DNA of 64,000 nucleotides, taken from positions 33,568 through 97,567 of IMG/VR virus record IMGVR_UViG_3300025292_000002; one strand, 5' to 3'. A model generated the notes under the pieces. The model was not told the DNA's origin. It was given only the letters and a program-made list of their open reading frames with translations, and made no database searches. The stretch comes from a virus. Lineage: Duplodnaviria > Heunggongvirae > Uroviricota > Caudoviricetes. Position numbers and translations under genes: made by a program. Shown piece after piece: positions 25,899 through 36,061 of this stretch. How positions within the stretch are numbered: position 1 is the stretch's first letter; each line of letters opens with the position of its first letter.

Positions 25899-28800
25899 TT
25901 AGTAAATTGCAAGTCGAATTCTTGGCCATTATAACCATTAACCTTGATTGTTGTATGATTATATGGAGCTGTTTTGTTGTATGTTCTCAAAACAAATTCC
26001 TCTCCACGTCTGAAGCCAGTTAATACAAGCTTTGTGCCACGATTGAACCAAGATTCGTCTAATACATTCTTTGTTTTCCCATCAACTTCTACAACTTTTT
26101 TATCATAGTTGATAAAAGCTCCTTTGTTGTAACGTACAGTAACCACGCCAGTTTGCGTTAAAACGGACACAAGACCTTTTGTCTTGTTTTTATCCACAAC
26201 CACGCCAGCAATAACGCTTGTTTGGAATTTAGGCCATTGACGACCTTTCCAATTGTTATATCCTGTTACAACTGGGTCTTCTGGCAATTGCTCAAAATCA
26301 GCAATTTCAAATAATCGGTCTAATGGGTAATAATCAAGCTCATGATAATTGCTGTAGAATACCAGCGTTTCCATTTCCCATTGCTCAACGCTTCCCATGC
26401 AATATTTCTTCCAAAATTCACGCATTAATTCACGATTAAATTCTGCTAAAGCTTCAGGAGCTGTAACCCATTCTTTTAATCGTTCGATTGATTTCTTGTA
26501 GAATTTATCAAATGATTTTTGGTCGATTGTTAATTTATCGCCAACAAATTCATATTCAACTTGCTTTAAGAATCCGCCAGAAAGAATTTCTTTCTCCAGC
26601 TCTTTTGTCATTGGAACTTTGTTTCTGCCAAATAATTTATTACGCATTTCATATAAACGCATTTCTTCAGCATACGTTTCGGGGACAGCGTGAACAAGCT
26701 TTGGTAGTTGTACCATCGTAATTTTCTCACGTGCTGGTACCAATTTACGAACAAGCTCAACCATTAAATTCCTACGGTCTTGAGGTTTTGTTACGCCACA
26801 AATACGGTCAAAACAACCCGCTTTAAGTAATGTTACTGTTTTTGCATCCGAAACAAGCTTTGTGTGTACCATACGTTCAATGAAATCATCTAAAGATGTA
26901 AACGGACGGTTTTCTAAAATAGCTTGAATCGCATTGTTTCCTAAACCTGAAATTGGTTTTAATCCAAACATAACTTTATCTTCTGCTTCAATTGGTGTAA
27001 ATTCAAGTTTAGCTGTGTTGATGTCAGGATTGATTACTACACCTTTCATTTCACCAACGGCTTTCGCTACAGCGCCATAGTCGGTAGTTGTTCCTTCATC
27101 ACCAACAACACCAGCATTAACTGATAAACAAGCTGTTTTCCACCAGATGATTCCGTAACGGTATGCCATGTTCATTTCTTGCATTAAAATCATTGAGTAT
27201 GGAGCTGTATGGTTTTTACTAAATGAATAACCGAATGATGGCTTGAATAAATATTCCCAAACATAATCGAGCAATTCAATTCTTGCGTTCGGATTGTTAC
27301 CGTAGAACATTTCACGACATTCCTCGATAATTGCTGGGCTTTTCTTAGCAATACCTTTACGCAATTTATTTGCTTGCACTAATGAAAAGTTTGAAATGAT
27401 TGGGTCCATAGAAATTTCCATCATTACTTCCTGTGTATCACAAATGCCATATGTTGAAAGCAAATGATTTTTAAGAACTTCCATTTCATCTTCTGTTATG
27501 TTGTTTTGTTGCATTTCTTTAAACCATTCGCCTAAATCGAATTTGAAACGAGCATACTTATCTAACGGTGATTCACCATGGTCAGCTGCAAGTCGCATCA
27601 ACGAGTTGGCTGTTGCAATCTCAAAGAAGTTGTTTGGTTTGATTTTTGTTAAAGCTTGTTTACCTACGTTTGTCTCGAACTGGAAAGCATTGATAACGTC
27701 GCCTTGATACAACAATTTAAACATTTCAGGGTTTTCAAGTTCCATAACGTCAGGATGTAAATATTTATTATATGTTGCACGTAAAGAACCTTGCCATTCC
27801 GCTTTGCCATGTTCAATCAGTAAATCTAAACATTTGCGAATACGGTCAAGAGCATTGATTGTTAAAGCATCGAGCTTTAATCCACCCATTGCATCTGAAT
27901 CTTTCATGTTAAATTGTGTTACAGGATAACCTTTAGTTGTTTTCATCATGGCATTTTGTTCTACATAGCCATTTGGGAAAACGTAAATACCAGAAGCATG
28001 TTGTGAACGTCCTGAAACAAGACCTTCAATACCTTCAATTGTTTCTCTAAGACCTTCATATTTTTCAACTTCGTCAATAAACGCTTTTACAGGTTTACGT
28101 CCTTTTTCTTCATTTCCGTACCATACATCTTTGAATGGCCATAATTGACCACGTTCAGCTGGGATTAAACTTGCAATACCTTGAGCTAAATCATTATCAA
28201 TGTCTAAACCACGACACGCTGACAATACAGCTGATTTTGTTTTTTCAGTTGTGAACGTACAAATATTCAATACGTTTTCATCACCGTATTTTTCCTTAAT
28301 AAGCTCAAGAATTTTTTGACGTTGAGCACCTTCGGTGTCAATATCAATATCAGGAAGCTCAGGACGTTCTTTTGAAATATGACGCCAATGTGGCAAGTTG
28401 TATTTAATCGGATTCATTTGTACAATGTCCATTAAATAACATGTATAAAAACCTGAAGATGAACCACGAGAAACACCAACAAGCGAAACCGTCCACATAA
28501 TATCAATAATATCTTCTACAAGGATATAATAAGCTGATAATGGTTGATTTAGATTAATACTGATTTCCCAAAGTTCTTCAATTTCCGTATTGATACGAGC
28601 AATATTTTCTTCATTAAATTCTTGCTTTTTATTAATGAACCCTTGTTCAACTAAGTATAAGAAATATCTGTCCTCAATACTATTGCTATTTGCATATCGA
28701 CGGATAAAATCGTATTTATCATACCACATATGGAAAATGTTTGATAATTCAAACTCAGGAATTTTAACTTTGGGAATTTGTGTTTCCATTTTTAAATCGT

Positions 28801-29713
28801 ATTCTTCAATCTTGCTACGAATTTCCAAAGTGTTATACATAAGTTCATCGAATTCTTCATCTGTGAAATAAGGGAAATAATCACGAGCTTCATCATATCC
28901 CATTAAATATGTTGTTGAATAGAACTCAGCAACTTCACGTTCGCCATCATTCGATTTTAAATAAATTTCATGAACTTTTGCTTGGTCTTTATTTAAATAA
29001 TGAGCATCAGTTGTTAAAATTGGTTTCAAACCGTATGCCTTTGCAATTTTCTTTGCCATTTTGTTGTAAATGATTTGCTCTTCAGATATTTCTGAAGGTT
29101 GTAATTCAACATATAAATCATCTCCGAAAATGCTTATCAACCATGTTAATAATTGATGAATACGAGCTTTCGCTTCTTGATTCCCTGTTGCATATGCAAC
29201 AACATTTCGTGAAAATTCAGACCCCAAACAAGCTGTTGAAGCAATTACATGTCCTTTATATTGACGTAAAACTTGTTCAAAATCATCTTTATATGTTGGA
29301 ACACGTTCCATACCTCGGAAGAAGAATGAATTATTCCAAGCTCGAGAAGTTAATTCCTTCAGGGCTTGATAACCGTGCTTGTCTTTTGCTAATAACAAGA
29401 AATGATAAAACGTAATTCTATCATTGTTTTCTTTTTTTGTCAATGTGTCTTCACGGTCAACCAAATAAATTTCATTTCCAAGAGCTAAGCGAAATTCTTC
29501 AGGTAGTTTTCCTGTTGCTTTTTGTTTTTGCACATAATCAATTGCTTCAACGTGTGCCGATAAACATTCATGGTCAGTAATTGCAATACCAGATAAACCA
29601 ATTTCATGAGCATAATCAATCATTTTATCTACTTTGTTTATGGCGTCTTTTAAACGAAAATTTGATTTTTCCGTGTGATTATGTGCCATAAACGGATTTC
29701 TAAAATTATACAT
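25886..29713 (-). CDS. dnaE: DNA polymerase III alpha subunit, DnaE-type (N-terminal PHP domain)
   Basis: 1275 aa; PHP HNHTEKSNF...ITDH; Pol III alpha core and OB fold. Confidence 0.9.
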   Translation of the reverse strand: MYNFRNPFMAHNHTEKSNFRLKDAINKVDKMIDYAHEIGLSGIAITDHECLSAHVEAIDYVQKQKATGKLPEEFRLALGNEIYLVDREDTLTKKENNDRITFYHFLLLAKDKHGYQALKELTSRAWNNSFFFRGMERVPTYKDDFEQVLRQYKGHVIASTACLGSEFSRNVVAYATGNQEAKARIHQLLTWLISIFGDDLYVELQPSEISEEQIIYNKMAKKIAKAYGLKPILTTDAHYLNKDQAKVHEIYLKSNDGEREVAEFYSTTYLMGYDEARDYFPYFTDEEFDELMYNTLEIRSKIEEYDLKMETQIPKVKIPEFELSNIFHMWYDKYDFIRRYANSNSIEDRYFLYLVEQGFINKKQEFNEENIARINTEIEELWEISINLNQPLSAYYILVEDIIDIMWTVSLVGVSRGSSSGFYTCYLMDIVQMNPIKYNLPHWRHISKERPELPDIDIDTEGAQRQKILELIKEKYGDENVLNICTFTTEKTKSAVLSACRGLDIDNDLAQGIASLIPAERGQLWPFKDVWYGNEEKGRKPVKAFIDEVEKYEGLRETIEGIEGLVSGRSQHASGIYVFPNGYVEQNAMMKTTKGYPVTQFNMKDSDAMGGLKLDALTINALDRIRKCLDLLIEHGKAEWQGSLRATYNKYLHPDVMELENPEMFKLLYQGDVINAFQFETNVGKQALTKIKPNNFFEIATANSLMRLAADHGESPLDKYARFKFDLGEWFKEMQQNNITEDEMEVLKNHLLSTYGICDTQEVMMEISMDPIISNFSLVQANKLRKGIAKKSPAIIEECREMFYGNNPNARIELLDYVWEYLFKPSFGYSFSKNHTAPYSMILMQEMNMAYRYGIIWWKTACLSVNAGVVGDEGTTTDYGAVAKAVGEMKGVVINPDINTAKLEFTPIEAEDKVMFGLKPISGLGNNAIQAILENRPFTSLDDFIERMVHTKLVSDAKTVTLLKAGCFDRICGVTKPQDRRNLMVELVRKLVPAREKITMVQLPKLVHAVPETYAEEMRLYEMRNKLFGRNKVPMTKELEKEILSGGFLKQVEYEFVGDKLTIDQKSFDKFYKKSIERLKEWVTAPEALAEFNRELMREFWKKYCMGSVEQWEMETLVFYSNYHELDYYPLDRLFEIADFEQLPEDPVVTGYNNWKGRQWPKFQTSVIAGVVVDKNKTKGLVSVLTQTGVVTVRYNKGAFINYDKKVVEVDGKTKNVLDESWFNRGTKLVLTGFRRGEEFVLRTYNKTAPYNHTTIKVNGYNGQEFDLQFTKKKA

Positions 29714-29741
29714 TAAATCATCTCCTTAGTTGTTATACCGA

Positions 29742-29771
29742 TATTGTATTGATAGCATTACATTTGTAAGG
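29742..29771 (-). promoter_or_regulatory. conserved phage promoter module (family copy)
   Basis: tattgtattga-N12-tgtaagg. Confidence 0.6.
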
Positions 29772-29791
29772 AAGCTATTCGACAATATTTA

Positions 29792-29809
29792 TTGAATATA
29801 AATATTCAA
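29792..29809. repeat. 18-bp palindrome family copy (ttgaatataaatattcaa)
   Basis: 16 of 18, still a perfect palindrome. Confidence 0.8.
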
Positions 29810-29837
29810 AAAGAAAAGCTTGCATAAGCAAGCTTTA
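29810..29837 (-). terminator. rho-independent terminator
   Basis: hairpin aaagcttgc-ttat-gcaagcttt followed by T/C-rich run. Confidence 0.55.
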
Positions 29838-31544
29838 AAATACTAATTCATCTGCTAATTTTTGTTCTTCTGCTGTTAAACCGTGTTCATTTTCAGTTTT
29901 GATTTCTTCTACAATTTCAACTTTTTCGACAATTTCAGGGGTAATCAATTCAGCTACCACTTGTGAATCAATTGCAACAATTGTTTCTTTTGTAGCTTCA
30001 TCAACTATTTTTTCAATCGTAACTTCTTCATCTGCTCCAGTAGCGGCTTGCACCATCGCTTCTTCAAGCAATGCTGCCTCCTTTTCCGCTTCTTTTTCGG
30101 CTTTTTTCTTTGCTTTTTCCTCAGCCGCTTGTGCTGCTTCAATTTCAAATTCTTTCATGTTTTGTTCAGCTAATTCTTCGCTGAAATCATGATTCGTCCA
30201 AATCGCATATGCTTTTTCTGTGTCTTGAGTTGATTTAATTAATTCAGCTAACTTACGTGTTTTCGTTTCATCGTAATGACCTTGTTCTTTATAACGTACT
30301 TTTCCTGCTCCACCATATACCGCTTTATTTAGATTTACCACACAATCATACATTGCTGATTGGTCTTCGAGTGGTACTTCAGCTAATTTTTCTTCGTTGT
30401 ACAATACGCTGCCAATCATTTGTGTGTCGAAATTGTTTTTCTCAAATAATTCGTTTAAAACTTTACGTTTGCCAGGCATTTTTGCTGGTGGTACATCAAT
30501 TACTTCCATGCCCGCTTTTTCAGCAAATGGATTATGTTTACCCATTACCGATAGAATTTCAATATGTTTCATTCCTGTCATTGGCATTGTTTTCTTAACA
30601 AGTTCTACAGACAATCCAATACCACGATATTTAGGAAGAACAACAACTCGGCTAATCATTTTGACTTCCTTGTTCATTAATCTTGCACGACCTTTATATC
30701 TTGTTGTAAATGTATTTCTGCCACGCAATGCTAAAGGTCCGTATGAATAAACAATTACACCAATTAAATCGCCTTTGTGCTCCATTTTGTAAATCTGATA
30801 AGCTGCTCCTAATTGAGCCGTTCGGTAATGGAATTTTGAAAGTTCCTTATAATCCGATGTTTCACCTAAAGAAATTTCAACTTCGCTGTTAATTGAGCAT
30901 GGTCGAGCTTTATATTCAATTCGTGTAATTTTAGCATCATTACCGAATGATTTTTCAACAAATAATGAAGGGTTTAAATCTTCAAGAATGTCCTCGTGAG
31001 TTGTTGCAACAACCAGCACTTTTCCTAATTTACGACAAATCTTTTGGAATCCGTAAGAAACAATTTTAGCTGTTGTGCGGTCTAACAAAGCACAAAACTC
31101 ATCGACGAACAGATAATCATTTTCCATTTCTAACATTTTTGCTAACACATAACGGCTTTTTTGTCCGTCAGATAATTCACCAAATTTTCTTAAGCAAATG
31201 AAAGCATCTGATAATCCGACAAGGGATAGATAATAAAGACCTTCATCAAGCGTTTTGCCAATCGTTTCAATTAATGGTTTATCGTGTTCAATTTTAATGT
31301 CTTCCGTTGAAACTCCGCCTGTTAATTTGTATAGTTCTCGCATTAATACCGACTTACCGCCACCGCTGTCGCCCGTGATGTAAACAATGTCTCCTTTGTT
31401 TAAATTAACTTCAAAATTATCGTACACAACAAATTCTTTTTCGCCATCAATACCTAAACCAAAAGCATCAGCGACCTGAAGTACACGTTTAGTAACCTCT
31501 GTATTAGTTTTAAATGATTTATTAATTGTAAATTTCATGTTCAA
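29835..31544 (-). CDS. ABC-type ATPase fused to a GNAT-like acetyltransferase domain, with a Glu/Lys/Ala-rich tail
   Basis: Walker A GDSGGGKS, signature LSDGQKSR, Walker B YLFVDE, H-loop ATTHE; GNAT motif-A-like VVVLPKYRGIGLS; 569 aa. Confidence 0.6.
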   Translation of the reverse strand: MNMKFTINKSFKTNTEVTKRVLQVADAFGLGIDGEKEFVVYDNFEVNLNKGDIVYITGDSGGGKSVLMRELYKLTGGVSTEDIKIEHDKPLIETIGKTLDEGLYYLSLVGLSDAFICLRKFGELSDGQKSRYVLAKMLEMENDYLFVDEFCALLDRTTAKIVSYGFQKICRKLGKVLVVATTHEDILEDLNPSLFVEKSFGNDAKITRIEYKARPCSINSEVEISLGETSDYKELSKFHYRTAQLGAAYQIYKMEHKGDLIGVIVYSYGPLALRGRNTFTTRYKGRARLMNKEVKMISRVVVLPKYRGIGLSVELVKKTMPMTGMKHIEILSVMGKHNPFAEKAGMEVIDVPPAKMPGKRKVLNELFEKNNFDTQMIGSVLYNEEKLAEVPLEDQSAMYDCVVNLNKAVYGGAGKVRYKEQGHYDETKTRKLAELIKSTQDTEKAYAIWTNHDFSEELAEQNMKEFEIEAAQAAEEKAKKKAEKEAEKEAALLEEAMVQAATGADEEVTIEKIVDEATKETIVAIDSQVVAELITPEIVEKVEIVEEIKTENEHGLTAEEQKLADELVF

Positions 31545-31573
31545 TACCTCCGTTTGTTTTTATCTTACAAAGG

Positions 31574-31603
31574 TATTGTATTGAATATATTTGTTACGCA
31601 AGG
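31574..31603 (-). promoter_or_regulatory. conserved phage promoter module (family copy, -35 variant)
   Basis: tattgtattga-N12-cgcaagg. Confidence 0.55.
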
Positions 31604-31639
31604 CATGGCGAAATAAAAAAGCAAAAAAAATTGGAAGCG

Positions 31640-32003
31640 TCACTTGACACTTCCATCTTTGTATATCTTTACAGGCCTATTCATATATGGATTTTTATCT
31701 AAATCTAACGATTCACCTTCAATTATGTAATAATCCTTTTTACTTTTAATTCCTTTACATATATACGATTGTGAACCATCGCCTTGGGGTATCACAGCTT
31801 TCAACCTACACCGTTCAAGAATGTTTTCCTTGTCTCTTGCCTTATACATATTATATGAATGCGTAATGCCCACCTGTGCTGCCATTATAATCGGAAAAAC
31901 TAACAGTGCTAAAAATGTTAATACCCTCTTTTGTAATTGTTCTTGTCCCATTGATTCTATTTTATCTTTGTCAATGATATGTTTCATTATGAAATTTTTC
32001 AAG
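31640..32003 (-). CDS. membrane protein (probable TTG start behind GGAGGTG RBS)
   Basis: one TM segment; own sigma-A promoter upstream. Confidence 0.45.
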
Positions 32004-32030
32004 CGTGTTTCACCTCCTTTACATTTACTA

Positions 32031-32058
32031 TTATACCATAGCTGGCCAGTAAACACAA
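32031..32058 (-). promoter_or_regulatory. sigma-A-type promoter with extended -10 (TTGTGT-16-TGgTATAAT)
   Basis: minus-strand reading ttgtgtttactggccagctatggtataat. Confidence 0.5.
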
Positions 32059-32064
32059 GAGGAA

Positions 32065-32082
32065 TTGAATATTAATATTCAA
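32065..32082. repeat. 18-bp palindrome family copy (perfect)
   Basis: TTGAATATTAATATTCAA. Confidence 0.85.
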
Positions 32083-32101
32083 AAAGCGGATTTCTCCGCT
32101 T
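32080..32101 (-). terminator. rho-independent terminator
   Basis: hairpin agcggag-aaa-tccgct followed by T5. Confidence 0.55.
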
Positions 32102-32572
32102 TTATGCTGATTCGTCTTTGTCCTTGTCTGTTTCTTTTTTCTTTGCTTCATTTACCTTTTTGATGGCTTCAATTAAAATTTTCGTCACATCAGGTGTAAT
32201 AGGGTTTGACATCGAGCGTATTATGTTTAAAAGGAATCTCATAGCGTATTCCATTTCTGTGGCGCTCTTTGCTTTTCGTTTTGGTCTTTCTGCTTTTGCT
32301 GTTTCCCCTGTTTTCACACCAATTTTAATGTTGTGACGTTTGGTAGGAATTGGTTCTTTGCCAGTGTCAAGGTTTGCATTCATTTCAGACCTGTGAATGA
32401 TTGAACCATCTTCTGCTTGAACCTTTGTAAATATGCTGTTGATTTCTTCTTTGCCTTTTTCTTCTTGTCTCTTTCCGTACCACGCTGCTATTTTCAACAT
32501 AATCATTGCTGAAGCTATGTTAGCAAAAAATGTTGCTATGAGCGTCACGGCTATTGTTTCCCAAAATCCCAT
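32102..32572 (-). CDS. membrane protein with N-terminal TM segment
   Basis: 156-aa ORF. Confidence 0.55.
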   Translation of the reverse strand: MGFWETIAVTLIATFFANIASAMIMLKIAAWYGKRQEEKGKEEINSIFTKVQAEDGSIIHRSEMNANLDTGKEPIPTKRHNIKIGVKTGETAKAERPKRKAKSATEMEYAMRFLLNIIRSMSNPITPDVTKILIEAIKKVNEAKKKETDKDKDESA

Positions 32573-32583
32573 ATTTCATCCTC

Positions 32584-32685
32584 CTATTCTGCTGGTTCTG
32601 ATGTTGCAATTGCGTAAAATCCAAAACCGACGACAAACAATATTAAACCGCCAATGAAAAAACCAAATGCTTGTTGAAGCATCAT
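32584..32685 (-). CDS. small membrane protein (~33 aa)
   Basis: AAAGGAGGTG RBS; sequence MMLQQAFGFFIGGLILFVVGF. Confidence 0.4.
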   Translation of the reverse strand: MMLQQAFGFFIGGLILFVVGFGFYAIATSEPAE

Positions 32686-32697
32686 TAATCACCTCCT

Positions 32698-33024
32698 TTA
32701 AAATAATCTTGTTTTGTTTTTTTCGATTGTCAAATCAGCCATTGTATTAATCATATCGAAATATTCCTGCAACCCTGTTTCATTGAACAAATCATGTAAA
32801 TTTTTAATGATGTCATATTCTTCTTTGGAAATCACAAGGTATTTTTCATCGGTAACGTCAACATCAATTTGACAGCCATTAATTTCGTCGTGTCCAACGC
32901 AATTTGGGTCAATGTATTGAATCCAACCACGTTCACCTTTTTCATTTTGAATTGTATAAATTTTGTACTTGTCTTTTGTCACTTTTCGTTCACTCCTTAT
33001 TAGTTTGTATATTAATAATAACAT
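32698..33024 (-). CDS. hypothetical protein
   Basis: 108-aa ORF. Confidence 0.5.
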   Translation of the reverse strand: MLLLIYKLIRSERKVTKDKYKIYTIQNEKGERGWIQYIDPNCVGHDEINGCQIDVDVTDEKYLVISKEEYDIIKNLHDLFNETGLQEYFDMINTMADLTIEKNKTRLF

Positions 33025-33048
33025 ACGTTGTCAGATTGGTCAACTGTT

Positions 33049-33066
33049 TTGAATATTAATTTTCAA
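33049..33066. repeat. 18-bp palindrome family copy (ttgaatattaattttcaa)
   Basis: 17 of 18. Confidence 0.8.
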
Positions 33067-33162
33067 TAAAGGATAAAAAAATAACGGTGCCCATTGGACA
33101 CCGTAACAAAAGAAAGAGGTTTATGTTGATTTCATTCTATAATTAATCAATTCAAATGTCAA

Positions 33163-34893
33163 CTAGAAAACAATATTTTCTATTGTAATTTCTTCTGCAA
33201 AAGCTTCTTCATTTGAAAATTCAACTGCTTCTAAAACCACTTGAGTGGCTTCTCTTCCCAGCCAATTGTTGATTGTCGGACGACCTATGAAATCTAATCT
33301 CAGCTGAGGAGCAAACCCAGCTGTGAATTTGTCGGCTGTTTCTTGAGAAGCTCCGTACATGACAAATTCTACATCGTCAACATAAAACGTCAGCATCGAA
33401 CCTTTTTGTTTAATGTTTTTCTTTTCAACATCAATTCCGACGTATGCAAACAATGAATCATGAACTTTGCCACCGAAAATAAATTTGTTTCTGTCGAGCT
33501 CATGAATGATTTCTTTATCAACTACGCCACGAGAAACATAATCGACCTCGTGAATAAATTCTCGAGCTTCAACTTTCTTTCGGAATGTTTTAAATAAATC
33601 AAATTTTTCTTTATCAATTTCAATACCGAAAGCTTGGTCATGACCTTGTGCAAATTCTACAAGACCTGTATCTTGGCACCAATCTTTAAAGCTGTCCATT
33701 GTTGGGTCATATCCACGACCTGAACCAGAAAATTTGCCATCTCGTTCACGCAAAATCAATACTGGTTTTTGAAGCTTGTTAACCATTTTTGTTGCAATTA
33801 ACCCTGTTAATGAAGCATGATTATCGTTAATTTTGCCAACACCAATTGCAATTCCGCCATCGCTGACGATATCTTCTTCAATTTGAGCTACTGCTTTCTT
33901 AACAGCTGTATCTTGACGAGTTTTACATTTAATAGCTATATCAACTGCCATTTGCTGTAAATTAAGGTTGACTTGGATTTTGTCAAATTTCTTTGTTTCT
34001 TTATTCTTTTTACGCTTTTCAACGGTGAAAATTTCTGGGTTAATATCGTTTAAAGCTCGGAATAAAATTTCTTTTTCTTCCATTGAGCCAATACGAATTA
34101 CAGCGTTTATCATCGGAATAACAGAAAATGACAAATCTTTAGGAACAGGTTGGAAAATGTCTTTGATTTTTAAAGCTTCTTTGATGAACTTGTTTTCCAT
34201 ATTTTTGATTCCATCAAATACTAAATTACGAACTTCATTTTCAGAGATGTCTGAAGCATCTGAAATTTGTCCTAAAGCCACTAAATCTTTCAATTTTTCG
34301 GTGCGATTTGTGTTTAAAGCTTTATCCATCGCTTGACAGAATTTGTGTACTACGCCAACACCAACTAAATTAGTGTTCACATTTTCGCTAATTTGATTGT
34401 TGATGATAATTCCGCTCTCTGGCATTTCTTCAACTAAATGGTGGTCAAGCACAATTACTTCAACGCCCATACCATATAAAATATCAAGTTCTCTGGCATC
34501 GTTTGAAGCTGCATCTGGGATGATTATTAACTCATAATTTTTTTCAGAAATTCTTTCCATAATATCTTCGGTCAAACCGTGAGCTTTTTTATCATGAATG
34601 ATAAAATCAATATTGTAAAGTGGGTCAATTGATTTTAAATATTGATATATATATGAAGCGCTTAAGAATCCGTCAGCATCTGAATCGACCAAAACAGCCA
34701 TTTTGCTGTACGTCATTAAATGTGCTGCAAGAACTTGTATTCCTTGAACCATATTTTTGAAAGCAAATGGGTTTGTGTCGGAAGAATTATCAGGATTTAA
34801 AAACAAATGAATGTTTTCAATACCTCGATTGTTTAAAATTGTTCTAACAATATCTCCGTTGTATTCACCAATTTGTTTGTATTTTAATGTCAT
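33163..34893 (-). CDS. DHH-family phosphoesterase (RecJ-like ssDNA exonuclease)
   Basis: DHH motifs DSDADGF, VLDHH; DHHA1-like C-terminus; 576 aa. Confidence 0.75.
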   Translation of the reverse strand: MTLKYKQIGEYNGDIVRTILNNRGIENIHLFLNPDNSSDTNPFAFKNMVQGIQVLAAHLMTYSKMAVLVDSDADGFLSASYIYQYLKSIDPLYNIDFIIHDKKAHGLTEDIMERISEKNYELIIIPDAASNDARELDILYGMGVEVIVLDHHLVEEMPESGIIINNQISENVNTNLVGVGVVHKFCQAMDKALNTNRTEKLKDLVALGQISDASDISENEVRNLVFDGIKNMENKFIKEALKIKDIFQPVPKDLSFSVIPMINAVIRIGSMEEKEILFRALNDINPEIFTVEKRKKNKETKKFDKIQVNLNLQQMAVDIAIKCKTRQDTAVKKAVAQIEEDIVSDGGIAIGVGKINDNHASLTGLIATKMVNKLQKPVLILRERDGKFSGSGRGYDPTMDSFKDWCQDTGLVEFAQGHDQAFGIEIDKEKFDLFKTFRKKVEAREFIHEVDYVSRGVVDKEIIHELDRNKFIFGGKVHDSLFAYVGIDVEKKNIKQKGSMLTFYVDDVEFVMYGASQETADKFTAGFAPQLRLDFIGRPTINNWLGREATQVVLEAVEFSNEEAFAEEITIENIVF

Positions 34894-34923
34894 ATCATTA
34901 CTCCTTTTCGGTTTCGTCTAAGT

Positions 34924-34953
34924 TATTGTATTGTTCATTTTTATGCTGTAAGG
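34924..34953 (-). promoter_or_regulatory. conserved phage promoter module (family copy, variant)
   Basis: tattgtattgt-N12-tgtaagg. Confidence 0.55.
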
Positions 34954-34954
34954 A

Positions 34955-35998
34955 TTATATTATCATTTTCTTTGTTTCCCAAAGTTGTTCGAAAACTTCT
35001 TTCCCTTTATCGGTTGGCGACATTTTTTCACCAAGCAAATCTAATTCGTCCCAAAGAACAGAAACATTAAACATTGCTTTAAGCTTTGAAACGAATGTTG
35101 AACCAATTTTTTTACGGTAAAAAGCATCTTCTTCGCTTCCAACTTCGGTGAACTCTTTATCAGGAGCTATGATTACATGTTCGACATCTAAGCTTTTAAT
35201 AATGTCAACTTGAGCTTGAGACAATGCGCTACCACTTACACATGCTCCGATTGACATTTCTGGCCATATCGTATCTAATTGCATAACAGATTTTTCAGCT
35301 TCGAACAGGATAATCGTTTTATATTTTTCAATGTGTTCACGGTTAAAATTCAAACCATACAATACAGCCCCTGTAGGGTGTCTTAAAATGTCACCTTTGT
35401 GACGGACGGGAAAATATTTCATGCCCGCTGAAACCATTTCTTCGTCCATATTTCTGGCACGTACACCAATAAGATTTCCTTCCAAATCATAATGTGGTAT
35501 AACAATTTGATTATTCGCTATTGAAAATCGAATATTATACTTTGCCATCGAACGAGCTGAAATCCCCTCATCAACCCAAGCTTTATGATATAATTCATGA
35601 TAACTTCGTAAAAGGTTTTTATTTAGTTTGCGTAATTCGTATGTTTCTTGTTTTGATTCAAACGCATTGAAAAATGAACTGTCTACAGCATTTGAATAAT
35701 TGTACAACCCTGTATATGAGATACCAAATTTCATGCACACAAAACGAAATGCTTCAGTGAAATCTAATCCCATCGTTTTTTCAACCAATGAGAATATATC
35801 ATAACTGCAAGAACAGCCAGAATAACAATGAAACAGTTTATTTGCTGGATAATACAATAATTTGTGAGAATCCCCATGGTGGCAAACACTCAATGAATAA
35901 ACTACGTTACCACGTTGATAAGGAGAACCCCCTAGGTCATTCAGCAAATCAATTACATTTTGGGTTGTTAAAATATCTTTGACCTCGTTGGCATTCAT
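34955..35998 (-). CDS. DNA primase (DnaG-like, zinc-binding plus Toprim)
   Basis: CHHGDSHKLLYYPANKLFHCYSGC zinc motif; 347 aa; adjacent to helicase. Confidence 0.8.
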   Translation of the reverse strand: MNANEVKDILTTQNVIDLLNDLGGSPYQRGNVVYSLSVCHHGDSHKLLYYPANKLFHCYSGCSCSYDIFSLVEKTMGLDFTEAFRFVCMKFGISYTGLYNYSNAVDSSFFNAFESKQETYELRKLNKNLLRSYHELYHKAWVDEGISARSMAKYNIRFSIANNQIVIPHYDLEGNLIGVRARNMDEEMVSAGMKYFPVRHKGDILRHPTGAVLYGLNFNREHIEKYKTIILFEAEKSVMQLDTIWPEMSIGACVSGSALSQAQVDIIKSLDVEHVIIAPDKEFTEVGSEEDAFYRKKIGSTFVSKLKAMFNVSVLWDELDLLGEKMSPTDKGKEVFEQLWETKKMII

Positions 35999-36019
35999 CT
36001 TTATTCCTCCTTCAGTAAC

Positions 36020-36049
36020 TATTGTATTGAATATGTTTTAAATGTAAGG
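36020..36049 (-). promoter_or_regulatory. conserved phage promoter module (family copy)
   Basis: tattgtattga-N12-tgtaagg. Confidence 0.6.
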
Positions 36050-36061
36050 AAAAAAGATAGC

